The notes under the pieces were generated by a model that had not been told where the DNA came from, did not search any database, and was given only the letters and a program-made list of their open reading frames with translations. The position numbers were made by a program, and so were the translations under genes. From assembly GCA_963735035.1 (NCBI GenBank), contig CAVTJJ010000003.1:455328-519327 (forward strand): 64,000 bases of DNA, given 5' to 3'. The stretch is from an uncultured candidate division Zixibacteria bacterium (GTDB lineage Bacteria; Zixibacteria; MSB-5A5; GN15; FEB-12). Shown here in pieces: positions 29,897 to 39,701 of this stretch (position 1 is the first letter of the stretch; the number at the start of each line of letters is the position of its first letter).

Positions 29897-31498
29897 CTAG
29901 TCCACCAGCGCTCGCTCAAAACTGACCGCGTTCAGAGTCGAATCGACATAGAAGTAGCTCTCGGAATGAAACGGAACGTACACCAATCCGATCTCAGTTG
30001 GGACTATTTCCAGATCTTTCTCTGGCAGTGCCAGGCCATGATCTATCAGCTCTCGACAGATGATCACTTCGGCCATTGCCCGAGCTTCGTCAGGTCCGAT
30101 CTGCACAGGCAGATAACGATCGTCCATAACTTCGACCACTTCGGTCGCAAATCGCGATTGGGCCGTAGTCATGCGGCGAGATAGCTTATGAAGCGATTCA
30201 TAGTTCCCGGACTTGATGGCCGGAATCATCAAGGCTCTGCATTGATCCGCTCCACCCAACATACTGCCGTACCGCGAAACGATGTCTTCGGGCAAGCCAA
30301 GCCGCCAGAACGGAATCATTTTACCAGATTCTTTGGAGTCAGCACCAACGGCCTCGATTTGAGTAAGTCTTGTCGCGCTGGAATCCATCATCTGAATAGC
30401 GTGACAGTTGGAGCAAAGATATACATGAGAAAGAGTCCCCGGCAGGTCGGCGCCGCAATAATCGCAGCGATGGAAATCGACTTCGATTTGGCCGGGTGTG
30501 AACTGGGATTCGGCGGAGGACACATCCGAAAGCTCCGCGTCCGACTGAGCCAGGTCGGCCACCACTCCCTGAGCAAGGGTTTCCTCGTACATCAAATCTC
30601 TTGGTTCTTCGCCGCGCGAAGAAGACACAGTGATTCGCCCTGAATAAAGCCCAATGCGGTCGTCGTCCAGACCGGAATCTCGCGGCCGCCGTTGTTCCGG
30701 CAGAGTTGCCTTGATCATCCGTCCGACCAGCCCGTCGAGCACGAACCGGCGATAAGTTTCCGCATACTCATCGATAATCAGATAGGGGAAATAGATCAAA
30801 GACCAAACCGGGTTGAAGAGGCGAGTCAGGTTGCGACCGAAGTCGGCCGGGCTGATTTGAGACAGAGTTTCGACCGCCTGCTTCACACTCAGGTTAACCG
30901 CGGCCAGCGGGCAAACAACCGGCAAGACATCGAATTCGCCGCCGAGGACCTCATCGGCTAATGGCGTCAGCCCCACCGTTTCGGAGCGAAGGCCGAGCGA
31001 TTCGGGAAGCCCGTCGACTTTCACTCCCGCAGCGACTGTGAACAAGTACGGCGTGACCGTCACAGTTGAGCGGTTGGTCTCGATCACGGTCTCCTGTTCC
31101 GATTCGACTTCTCCGGCAATCTTCCTCACTTCGGTGCGATTCCGGAGTTTCAGCACTCGGGCGTCGATCTTCCAATACGGATAGTAGAGCTTCTTGACCT
31201 GAAGTCCGTTGCCGGTTAGAGGGAGATCGTGCTGTTTGAGATATCGGTCGATATGAACGCGAATTTCGTGCGACTGCACCCGGGCCACAACCATGAAGGC
31301 GGGCGGCACTCCCGGCATGATGAGGCGCAGGGTAGAACCGCAATGCTCACAGCGCGTGACGAAGAAGTCGGCGTCGAGATGCAGTTCACCACCACAACCC
31401 GGACAGCCTACCCCGATGAAGAAACCGCCCGAGGGCTTACTGTTGTTCACTCCGGTCAACCGCCTTGCCGCATTCGCCGCAGTATTTCGAACCCGCAA
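29897..31498 (-). CDS. hypothetical protein with two zinc-ribbon motifs and an internal two-fold repeat
   Basis: [24 protein letters not shown] near the N-terminus and [22 protein letters not shown] mid-protein, each followed by a similar Y/FP(F/Y)W(K/R) segment. The true start is uncertain; the track ORF overlaps the upstream SPFH gene by 62 nt. Confidence 0.5.
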   Translation of the reverse strand: MRVRNTAANAARRLTGVNNSKPSGGFFIGVGCPGCGGELHLDADFFVTRCEHCGSTLRLIMPGVPPAFMVVARVQSHEIRVHIDRYLKQHDLPLTGNGLQVKKLYYPYWKIDARVLKLRNRTEVRKIAGEVESEQETVIETNRSTVTVTPYLFTVAAGVKVDGLPESLGLRSETVGLTPLADEVLGGEFDVLPVVCPLAAVNLSVKQAVETLSQISPADFGRNLTRLFNPVWSLIYFPYLIIDEYAETYRRFVLDGLVGRMIKATLPEQRRPRDSGLDDDRIGLYSGRITVSSSRGEEPRDLMYEETLAQGVVADLAQSDAELSDVSSAESQFTPGQIEVDFHRCDYCGADLPGTLSHVYLCSNCHAIQMMDSSATRLTQIEAVGADSKESGKMIPFWRLGLPEDIVSRYGSMLGGADQCRALMIPAIKSGNYESLHKLSRRMTTAQSRFATEVVEVMDDRYLPVQIGPDEARAMAEVIICRELIDHGLALPEKDLEIVPTEIGLVYVPFHSESYFYVDSTLNAVSFERALVD

Positions 31499-32564
31499 TC
31501 AGTTCCGCCGAGCAATGGGGACACTTCGGGCGGGCGTTCAGTTGAGCGCCACAGTTCAGACAGAATTTGGCCTCGGCCGGAAGTTGCTGGCTGCAGGCCG
31601 GGCAAACGTTCTGCGCTACCATCTGATGGCCGCAGCGATAGCAGTAGCGCGATTGCTCCGGCGTTTCGGTGTGGCATTTGGGACAGGTAACGGCCGAAAC
31701 CGACTCGCGCTTCAACTCGGTCTGCTCGGGAGCAAAGACCTTGTTCAACATGGCGGGCATCATGACGCCGACTCCGGCCGCCATACCCAGTCCGGCCCCG
31801 GCCGTTCCGGCGCCGCCTGATGTCCCCAATCCTTTGGCCATCTCGAACTTGAGAAACTTGTCCAGATCGCCAACCGCTTCCATTCCGGAGCGCTGATCGA
31901 TCATCCGCGCCACCTCGTCCGGCGGCGTGATCGACGAGATAAAGAAATCGACCAGTTCGAGGCCGTATTTCTCGAACTCTACTTTGACGATCTCCTTGAA
32001 CTTCGCGGCCAGTTCCGTATAGATCGCCGGCAATTCGAGAATCGAGCCGAGGTCTTCGCCGAGGAGGTCGTTCATGCGCGCGATGATGACATCGCGGAGA
32101 TAATCCTGTATGTCGCCGGTGGTATACCGCGCCTGACGACCCACCACCGTGTTTAGAAACAGAGCCGGTTGTTTGATGCGCATGGTGAAAGCGCCGTGGC
32201 CCCGAAGTCGGATAAGGCCGAGCTTGCTGTCCTGGAACGTGACCGGATAGCGCGTACCCCACTTGAGATCGGTGAAAGTCTTCAGATTGACGAAATAGAC
32301 TTCGGCCCGAAACGGTGAGTCGAAGCCGAAAGGAAACGCCAGCAGCCGGGTAAGAATCGGGATGTTTTTCGTAGACAGAGTATGTCGCCCGACCGCAAAC
32401 GAGTCGGCGGCGTGGCCGTCTTTGAAGAAGATCGCCATCTGACTGTCGCGTACGATCAATTGGGCGCCCAGCTTGAAATCGGCCGATCCCTCCTGCGGAA
32501 GGCGATAGATCATTTCCTGACCGGTTGGGTCGATCCATTCTATAACTTCGATCAATAGAGACAT
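31437..32564 (-). CDS. SPFH/Band-7 domain protein with three C-terminal zinc-ribbon motifs (B. subtilis YdjI-like, flotillin-like)
   Basis: N-terminal SPFH-type block [46 protein letters not shown]...VYFVNLKTF...KWGT. C-terminal CPKCHT..YCYRCG, CPACSQ..FCLNCG, CPHCSA..YCGECG. Confidence 0.7.
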   Translation of the reverse strand: MSLLIEVIEWIDPTGQEMIYRLPQEGSADFKLGAQLIVRDSQMAIFFKDGHAADSFAVGRHTLSTKNIPILTRLLAFPFGFDSPFRAEVYFVNLKTFTDLKWGTRYPVTFQDSKLGLIRLRGHGAFTMRIKQPALFLNTVVGRQARYTTGDIQDYLRDVIIARMNDLLGEDLGSILELPAIYTELAAKFKEIVKVEFEKYGLELVDFFISSITPPDEVARMIDQRSGMEAVGDLDKFLKFEMAKGLGTSGGAGTAGAGLGMAAGVGVMMPAMLNKVFAPEQTELKRESVSAVTCPKCHTETPEQSRYCYRCGHQMVAQNVCPACSQQLPAEAKFCLNCGAQLNARPKCPHCSAELIAGSKYCGECGKAVDRSEQQ

Positions 32565-32764
32565 AGTAGCTCCTCAGTTTCCAGGGCAGATTTCCCCTGC
32601 TACTTCTTATGATCGACCGGTTGGTAGAAGTGCTTGAATCAAGAATTGGTATGGTCTGCCCAAACGGACTTGGGGAAGGAGCGGAAGGTCCGGCCAAGTC
32701 TTGATAGCTCGCCGTCGACTAGCGGACGGGCGAGTGTGACCTCACCGACAAGATGTGTTATATG

Positions 32765-33553
32765 TTAGATATGGGAGTTAAGCGCCCTTCGCGGTTCATC
32801 GTCATAATAAGCGTGTCTCCAAGCAAGGTGCTCGCATAAGCCATCAAGATCGGGTAAGAGCGTTGATCGGTTGACTCCGAGTATGTGCAGTTGCTTTCTG
32901 ATTCCTGGAAAAGCACTGGGAGGAACACGTACTTTAGTAAGCTTGAAGAAGTAAGCTTTGTTCTTTTCGAAGGGCACTACATGTCCTGTGCGGTCTATTT
33001 GGTGAACGGTAAAAGCACCTGCTTGAGCGGATATTCTGTTGCTTACTATTCTCGGCCGAAAGACCTTTGTAGTTGTGTTAGACAGAGGATTGAATCTCCT
33101 TGTATCCAATCTGAAATCATCCAACAGAGGAGCCAGTATCCAGACAATACCGTCCTCCGGAGCATCCTCTTTGTCTATATAAGGCGGCTTACTTACTGCA
33201 AACCACAACCCCGTCAGAGCGCTGAATGACCAATCGAGCAGCCTCGTTGGAAGACCGTGATGCTGAGCAAGTGATAGCACATCCCATTTGTCTTCTGGGA
33301 TTGACTTAGACAGAAGGCGGCTTGTTCTTGTGAACTCACGTATAATCAATTGTTCGATCTTCTTGATCTTGCCCTTAAGCTTATGTTCACGATCAAGTCT
33401 GGCCAGTCGCGGAAGAAGCGGCAAATCGCGTCTCTGTCCCCGAAAGAGTAAATCGGCATTGTTCCGAGCCTTTTCAGCTGCTTCTTTGATTTCGTCCACA
33501 AGCGAGACATACTCCTGGACATTGTTGATCACTTTAACGCGACGCTTTACCAA
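32765..33553 (-). CDS. FRG-domain protein (function unknown), encoded in a low-GC islet
   Basis: Signature motifs LLFRGQRRDLPLLPRLAR and LAQHHGLPTRLLDWSFSALTGLWFA. The gene and its flanks (about 32700–33800) are visibly more AT-rich than the neighbouring genes. Confidence 0.7.
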   Translation of the reverse strand: MVKRRVKVINNVQEYVSLVDEIKEAAEKARNNADLLFRGQRRDLPLLPRLARLDREHKLKGKIKKIEQLIIREFTRTSRLLSKSIPEDKWDVLSLAQHHGLPTRLLDWSFSALTGLWFAVSKPPYIDKEDAPEDGIVWILAPLLDDFRLDTRRFNPLSNTTTKVFRPRIVSNRISAQAGAFTVHQIDRTGHVVPFEKNKAYFFKLTKVRVPPSAFPGIRKQLHILGVNRSTLLPDLDGLCEHLAWRHAYYDDEPRRALNSHI

Positions 33554-33798
33554 ATTGGTCTTCCTCCTTCAAAGTCTGAGAGGATTCTTCATCAACACAA
33601 GTTAGCGCAGTCGTAGAAAATTGACAACGGCATTTATTCGAGATATGCGAGATCATGTGATGTTGCGGAAAGTACGGCCGTACGAACTGGCCAATGTCCA
33701 AATTGTACAGATGACGTCGTCCGGCGGGTACCATCGAGCACACTCGGCCTTCTGCAAATTGATAGCAGAGCGTCACCGCCCGAAAACGCGATTGATTT

Positions 33799-35025
33799 TC
33801 AGCGACCGAAAGATATCCAGTAAGTCACCGGCGTTTCCGGCTGTTCCTTATCATCGGTGGTGATTGTAATGGCACCGGACACATTGGTCCGGGCTTTCAT
33901 CACGGCCGGTATAGGAACCAATGTTACTTCGTATTGCTTGTCAGCAACGAGAGTATCTACATGAAACATCAACCTCTGATCCACATCCTTGACACTGAGA
34001 ATATGGACCTGCGCCCCGTCCACGGTGCTGATGACTTTGACCACTTGTTTCACCGACTCAGAGTTGGTCTTCGACGTATCCACGAAGAACTGAACCGCTT
34101 CGGGGGTTATGTCGACATTGCCTACCACCGTTCCCGTAATCGGCAGAGTGGCATCCGGCGTAGCACCGTCACCGGCGCGGGCAGTGAGAGCCGCATTGAT
34201 GCGACCGACGGGTATATCAGACGTTCCGTGCACCTCTATCGTCAGGCGACCCGGCGTCGAACCGCTTCCGGGAACAGCCTGTACCACTTTGGCGCTGAAC
34301 TGAGGGGACGAGGAAGTGAATGCTACGGTCTTCGCTATCGAAGGATCCTTCACTATCATCGATGTGCTTATTGACACCTGCTTGCCCTTGCGGACTCTTC
34401 CCACATCAAGGCTGTATTGTTCGAAACCAAAAACGATCTCAACAAAAGCCGTGATATTCAGCGTAGCCCTTGGATTCTTGGGATCGTTTGACTCGACCGT
34501 AATTGACTTCTTCTGCTGACCGGTCTTGTGCTTACTGTCGAAAGTAACTTCGATTTTGCCTTCCCCACCCGGGGGAATGTCCGTGTCGGTTAACACGGCC
34601 GCCGTGCAGCCTCACGTGCCCTGAGCTCGAATGAGCCGTAAGGGGGCATTACCGACATTTCGCACCGTGAATTTGTGTGAGACCATCGCCCCCTGGGCAA
34701 TCGTGTCAAAATTATGCTCGGGCTCGGGGAAACTGATGCTCGGACTGCCGGAGACCGGCTGGCTCTTGGCCGTATCCAGATTCTTGACCGGGGCTTCGGC
34801 TCGCGGCGGAACAGTCTCCGTCGCTTTTGACACACGAGAAGAGTCGCCCTTTATGACGGTCCAACCTGCCACTGCGACAGCTATAACCAGGAGAGTGCCG
34901 GCCGCCCAGATAACAGTGTTTCTGAGGTTCAGGCCTCGACTCGACTGCTCGGACCGCGACTGTCTGCGGCCGCCCGATGCGGTCTTGTCAGCGCCTCTGT
35001 TCTTTTGCCTCTTGTGCTTTGCCAT
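33799..35025 (-). CDS. DUF1573-domain protein with N-terminal TM anchor, interrupted by an in-frame TGA at 34612–34614 (conserved-Cys position)
   Basis: Two track ORFs (34612..35025 and 33799..34596) are in the same frame and separated only by TGA. The joined reading is ...HKFTVRNVGNAPLRLIRAQGT[TGA]GCTAAVLTDTDIPPGGEGKIEVTFD. DUF1573 family members carry ...SCGCT...PG..G.I.V.F at exactly this place, and the TGA is where the first Cys codon is expected. Confidence 0.65.
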
Positions 35026-35031
35026 GTCAAC

Positions 35032-35700
35032 CTATCCGGTTACGATTCTGCCGTCCTTGAGACGAAGTTGTCTGCTGCCGAATTTCGCCGCCTCGGGGCT
35101 GTGCGTGACCATTATAACAGTCCGGCCTTCGGTCTCGTTCAGTTCCTTCAGTATCCGAAGGACTTCCAGAGACAGATTCGGATCGAGATTCCCGGTCGGT
35201 TCATCCGCCAGGATAACATCGGGACCGTTCGCGAGTGCCCGGGCAATTGCCACCCGCTGCTGCTGGCCGACCGATAACTCGCGCGGCAGATGTTCCTTTC
35301 GATCCTTAAGCCCGACTCTGTCAAGCAACTCTTCGGCCAACGATTGGGCCGTCCCGTTGCGGTCACTGTTGAATATCATCGGCAGCATGATATTCTCCAT
35401 TGCGGTAAGATACGGTATCAGGTTGAAAGTTTGCAAGACGAACCCGACCTTGCGATTGCGATACTCGGCCATTTCCGGTTCGGACATAGAGTAAACAGGT
35501 TTGCCCGAAAACGATACGGTACCCGCCGTGGGCCTAATAAGCCCCCCGAGCGTCAGGAGCAGGGTCGTCTTGCCCGATCCGGATCCACCGGTGACGGCGA
35601 CGAAGCTGCCTCGCTCCACATCCAGCGAGACGTTATCCAGCGCCCGAACGGTCCCATGTTGTGAAGTATAGACCTTGCTGAGATTCTCAATGGTGAACAT
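35032..35700 (-). CDS. ABC transporter ATP-binding protein (LolD/MacB-type)
   Basis: [35 protein letters not shown]. Confidence 0.9.
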   Translation of the reverse strand: MFTIENLSKVYTSQHGTVRALDNVSLDVERGSFVAVTGGSGSGKTTLLLTLGGLIRPTAGTVSFSGKPVYSMSEPEMAEYRNRKVGFVLQTFNLIPYLTAMENIMLPMIFNSDRNGTAQSLAEELLDRVGLKDRKEHLPRELSVGQQQRVAIARALANGPDVILADEPTGNLDPNLSLEVLRILKELNETEGRTVIMVTHSPEAAKFGSRQLRLKDGRIVTG

Positions 35701-35703
35701 CGC

Positions 35704-36963
35704 CTATACCTCCTGCATGATGACGGCCGGGTCAAATCGCGCGGCGCGGTAGACCGGAAGAATGCTGCCCAGCAAAGCTATCAACACCGCCACCCCTACC
35801 GAGAAAAGCAGATAGACAGGAATCGGCGAAACGCTTAGCCCGGCCAATTGCGGCCCGAGAATCATCGCCGCTCCCGTTCCAACGATAAAGCCGCCCAGGC
35901 CGCCGACTACACCCAGAATGACAGCCTTTGATAGAAAGAGGCGGTAGATCGCGGATCGTTTGGTGCCAATAGTGATCAGAATACCAATCTCGCGACGGCG
36001 CTCTTCCACGTTCGCCCACATGTAGTTGCCTATTGTTATGGCGCCTACGATTATGATTATCACGAGAAAGACGAATGATATTTTCCGCATCAGTTGGTTG
36101 GTTTGAATCTGGGTGCTGACTATCTGATTGATGGTCGTAATGCGTGTGTCCGGAAGGATATTGCGAAGCTTACCGAGCAGACCATCCGATATGGCCGAAC
36201 AGCAGCCCATGATCTCTATCGCGCTGACCTGCTCGCCGGTCCCCAGAAGCTGCTGGACCGTATGCAGGTGGGCATAAATGCGACTGTCGTCGATGGTGCC
36301 GGTTTCAGGGATGACTCGAGCGACCGTAAATGTTTTGCCCTCCAAGCTGAGACTTCCCCCCTCTTTCAGGCCGAGCCGCTGCGCTATGCTACTGCCAACG
36401 AGTACGTCCGTAGTCGCGAGCGAATCGACCGCCTTGCGCTGCAACTTCTCGTCCTGGTACCCAAAGGACTGATTAGCCGTGTTGCCGGGGGCGCAGGCCG
36501 CAGCCAGGCCGGCACCAGCTAATCCGGCCGACTGCCATATAGGCTTTGCGGCCAGCTCATTGGCCGGAAGAATACCGGTAAGAATTACCGGTACGTCGCC
36601 GACCTTGATACGGCGCGTCAATTTGGGCGAAAGATTGTCCACGCCGGGAAGCATGGAGGTAGCCAGTCGCTCGACGTAATTTTCGGGAAAGGTGGGAGCA
36701 TCGATATCGGCTGAGTAGTAATCGTCGACCGAGGCGGCCTGCGGCAGGACGAGGATATTGGCCCCCAGATTATCCAGACTTACAGCTACTGCCTTCTCCG
36801 AAACCGCTGATACCGACTGAATGCCTACAATTACGGCAATACCCAGCGTGATACCGAGAAGTGCGGAGATCAGCTGCGACTTACGCAGCCAGAGCTCCCG
36901 CCACATGATGGTCTGCAGTTTCATATTAACGGTCCTACTTCTTCTTCGGGCCGCAAGCCGCAC
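35704..36963 (-). CDS. ABC transporter permease, FtsX family (LolC/E-like)
   Basis: N-terminal TM, periplasmic domain, C-terminal FtsX TM bundle. Tightly spaced with the ATPase gene. Confidence 0.85.
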   Translation of the reverse strand: MRLAARRRSRTVNMKLQTIMWRELWLRKSQLISALLGITLGIAVIVGIQSVSAVSEKAVAVSLDNLGANILVLPQAASVDDYYSADIDAPTFPENYVERLATSMLPGVDNLSPKLTRRIKVGDVPVILTGILPANELAAKPIWQSAGLAGAGLAAACAPGNTANQSFGYQDEKLQRKAVDSLATTDVLVGSSIAQRLGLKEGGSLSLEGKTFTVARVIPETGTIDDSRIYAHLHTVQQLLGTGEQVSAIEIMGCCSAISDGLLGKLRNILPDTRITTINQIVSTQIQTNQLMRKISFVFLVIIIIVGAITIGNYMWANVEERRREIGILITIGTKRSAIYRLFLSKAVILGVVGGLGGFIVGTGAAMILGPQLAGLSVSPIPVYLLFSVGVAVLIALLGSILPVYRAARFDPAVIMQEV

Positions 36964-37702
36964 CCGGAGCGCAACCGGCGGCGGGGCTGCATCCGCTGGT
37001 CGCCTTCTTGGTCGCCGCTGTCACCAGATCGGTGACTTGCATTGCTCCGGTGTACACTCCGGAGATTTGTCCCTGCGCATTGGCCACCATGGTGACTGGT
37101 TCGGCCGATTGCAAGTCGACTTTCATATCGGTCAGAAAACCGGCCTCGGCCGGATCATCCATATCGACTGTTATCTGCACGCACTTGCCGGCCAACTGTT
37201 GGCAGGCGGTGGCGCAGGTGCTATTGACGGTCGCTGCCGTGGTCATGCCTTTCCGAGCGGCGGTGATAAACACGGCATTCCCCTCAGAGATGGCTTTGAG
37301 GATCTCTGCCTTCTTCGGTGACGGCACCAGCTTGACCAGTTGATCGACTGTCGCCTGGGCGGCAATAACACCACCGGTAATGACTCCGGCGCCGGAAGCA
37401 ACCAGAATGAGCGGCACCGGAGCGGTTGCCACACCAAACTTGGTGACTGTCGCCGCGTTCGCCGCATCGCCGCGATCCATTTCTATGGCAACCGATCCGG
37501 GCGTTTGTTTGATTGCGTCAGATACCATCTGGCGAGCCTGATCCAGAGCCACGGCAGTCTGATCGTAAACGAGAATATAAGCGACTTTCCCCGCTTTGGC
37601 GGCGGATTCTAGTTGCTCGGTCACAGCGCCACAGACCGAACCGGCGATGAGAGCCAAAACGAATACCATAAGGCTGAACACGCGTACCATAGTCTTCTCC
37701 AT
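36935..37702 (-). CDS. secreted hypothetical protein with Cys-rich, Lys-tailed C-terminus; first gene of the ABC/DUF1573 operon
   Basis: Signal peptide MVRVFSLMVFVLALIAGSVCGA. C-terminus SGCSPAAGCAPGAACGPKKK. No recognisable catalytic motif. Confidence 0.5.
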   Translation of the reverse strand: MEKTMVRVFSLMVFVLALIAGSVCGAVTEQLESAAKAGKVAYILVYDQTAVALDQARQMVSDAIKQTPGSVAIEMDRGDAANAATVTKFGVATAPVPLILVASGAGVITGGVIAAQATVDQLVKLVPSPKKAEILKAISEGNAVFITAARKGMTTAATVNSTCATACQQLAGKCVQITVDMDDPAEAGFLTDMKVDLQSAEPVTMVANAQGQISGVYTGAMQVTDLVTAATKKATSGCSPAAGCAPGAACGPKKK

Positions 37703-37752
37703 TCTGTATATTACCTAAGTCTTCGTACTCGAATTATCACTCTATAGTCCAT

Positions 37753-38079
37753 TCAGGCGCACTTTCTGGTCGTCAGATACTTCTTGAGTGCGGCCAACTC
37801 CTGCCGATACGGACTCTCGAGAGTCAGATGACGCTGCAGCGTTAGGCGTAATTCTTCGACGAGCGGCGTGTCGGCCAAACGATAATGAACCCATTTGCCG
37901 GAGCGACGGTCGGTAACCAATCCCGATGACTTCATGCGCGCCATATGCCTGGAGACAGTCGATTGCGGCACCTTGAGAACTTCCATTAAATCACAAACAC
38001 ACAACTCCTGGCCGAGGAGCAAAACAGCAATCCGAAGCCGGATCGGATCGGCCAGACCCTTGAACAGTTCGTGGGTCAT
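37753..38079 (-). CDS. arsR: ArsR/SmtB-family metalloregulatory transcriptional repressor
   Basis: Winged-HTH [31 protein letters not shown] with a CVC metal-binding motif. Overlaps the upstream ACR3 gene stop. Confidence 0.8.
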   Translation of the reverse strand: MTHELFKGLADPIRLRIAVLLLGQELCVCDLMEVLKVPQSTVSRHMARMKSSGLVTDRRSGKWVHYRLADTPLVEELRLTLQRHLTLESPYRQELAALKKYLTTRKCA

Positions 38080-39185
38080 GATTTCACCTCGCGAGGCATC
38101 GGGCTTATTGGCTCGAAATACTTCCGCCGGAAATAGAGGGAGACGCTAACCAAACCGATCATCACCGGAACTTCCACCAACGGCCCAATCACAGCGGCAA
38201 AGGCGACTCCGGAATGAATTCCGAACACCGCCACTGCCACCGCTATCGCCAGCTCAAAATTGTTCGACGCCGCCGTGAAGGAAAGAGTTGTCGCTCGTCC
38301 GTAGTCGGCGCCAATCTTCCAACTCATGAAGAAGCTGACCAGGAACATCACGACGAAATAGATAAGCAGCGGAATGGCTATGCGGACGACATCCATGGGG
38401 ATCTTGACAATGTGCTCGCCCTTGAGCGAGAACATAACTACGATCGTGAACAGCAGAGCTATCAGTGTAATCGGGGATATCTTGGGAATGAACTTCTGCT
38501 CATACCAGATTTTGCCCTTGGTATTTATGAGCGCAAAGCGGGTTATTATCCCGGCAATAAACGGAATTCCTAGATAGACAAAAACGCTCTCGGCGATTTG
38601 CCCGATGGTCACCTGCACCAGCGCTCCGGACAACCCGAAAAGCGGTGGGAGCACAGTCACAAAGACCCAGGCATAAACGGAATATAGCAGAATCTGGAAG
38701 ACCGAATTGAACGCCACCAGCCCGGCCGCATATTCCGGATCGCCCGAGGCCAGGTCGTTCCAGACGATCACCATGGCGATACAGCGCGCCAGTCCGATCA
38801 TAATCAGGCCGACCATATATTCCGGGTAGGCGGGTAGAAAGACGATAGCGAGGAAAAACATCAGGATTGGCCCGATAACCCAGTTTTGAACCAGACTCAG
38901 ACCGAGAACCCGATAGTCACGGAACACCCGCCCCATTTCCTCATAGCGAACTTTCGCGAGCGGCGGGTACATCATAAGAATCAACCCGACCGCGATCGGA
39001 ATATTGGTGGTCCCGACCTGGAACCGGTTGAGAACCGACTGGACATCGGGCATGAAATACCCGAGCCCTACACCTAGAGCCATTCCGGCGAAAATCCAAA
39101 GGGTCAGGAAGCGGTCCAGAAAGGAGAGTCTTTTGGCGGCAGGTTGGTTCATTGGCAGTTTCAGTCTACGGTTTCGCCGGGTCAA
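38076..39185 (-). CDS. acr3: ACR3-family arsenite efflux transporter
   Basis: [26 protein letters not shown]-terminal signature of ACR3 and about 10 TM helices. The start may be the internal Met at 39152. Confidence 0.8.
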   Translation of the reverse strand: MTRRNRRLKLPMNQPAAKRLSFLDRFLTLWIFAGMALGVGLGYFMPDVQSVLNRFQVGTTNIPIAVGLILMMYPPLAKVRYEEMGRVFRDYRVLGLSLVQNWVIGPILMFFLAIVFLPAYPEYMVGLIMIGLARCIAMVIVWNDLASGDPEYAAGLVAFNSVFQILLYSVYAWVFVTVLPPLFGLSGALVQVTIGQIAESVFVYLGIPFIAGIITRFALINTKGKIWYEQKFIPKISPITLIALLFTIVVMFSLKGEHIVKIPMDVVRIAIPLLIYFVVMFLVSFFMSWKIGADYGRATTLSFTAASNNFELAIAVAVAVFGIHSGVAFAAVIGPLVEVPVMIGLVSVSLYFRRKYFEPISPMPREVKS

Positions 39186-39570
39186 TTTACTCAGGCGGAG
39201 CCCGTCGTATCCGCTTATGCGAATATATTGTTATATCGGCGCCCCGTCAAGAAGTTCCAAGGACTCTTTTCTTCGGCCTGTGGTTTGGGCGTACTGCTTG
39301 TACCCCATCCAACGGGCGGGAATTTGATCGATCTTGTCAAGAGTTGCCATTCCGTCATGCCCGACTTGGTCGGGCACCCATGACCACTCGCGACCGCAAA
39401 AAACTCTTGCACTCACGAGAGACACAGCAGACTGATGATAATATGCGAAGATATCAACTCTCGTCAGCGACGGTGATCCCTCCAACCGAGCAGCCCATGG
39501 ATTCCCGGCCAAGCCGGGAATGACGGAGATAGCAGAAAATGTCAGGAGCCTAAGGGCTCCTGACCTACTG

Positions 39571-39639
39571 GCTGCCGATCAAACAACCCCTGGGTGCCCC
39601 GCCTAATGCGGGGCAAGACAGCATTTGCTTTGATCGGCA
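39571..39639. repeat. inverted repeat CTGCCGATCAAA / TTTGATCGGCAG enclosing a second small hairpin (CCCCGC...GCGGGG); member of the CTGCCGATCA motif family
   Basis: Arms at 39571–39582 and 39628–39639, read from the sequence, in the 3' flank of the T9SS-substrate gene. Confidence 0.6.
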
Positions 39640-39674
39640 GGCCTCCGTGCCTGCCGTAACGCGCACGGCAGGGC

Positions 39675-39694
39675 TGGAACCCTGCCGATCACAA
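39675..39694 (+). repeat. 20-bp direct repeat TGGAACCCTGCCGATCACAA, copy 1 of 2, flanking the 845-aa gene
   Basis: Identical 20-mer at 39675–39694 and 42364–42383. Confidence 0.8.
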
Positions 39695-39701
39695 AGAATG
39701 G

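Noticed and set aside
34612-34614. Alternative genetic code (TGA sense codon, e.g. code 4 or 25) as explanation for the in-frame TGA
   Set aside because: Other genes in the window terminate cleanly at TGA (e.g. the hybrid kinase at 12712–12714), and no other gene is broken by TGA. A genome-wide recoding is therefore unlikely. Site-specific Sec or a mutation remain possible.
39220-39250. Possible ArsR operator (AATATATTGTTATAT imperfect palindrome) upstream of acr3
   Set aside because: Only a weak AT-rich dyad. It could equally be a -10/-35 promoter region. There is not enough signal to call it without a motif model.
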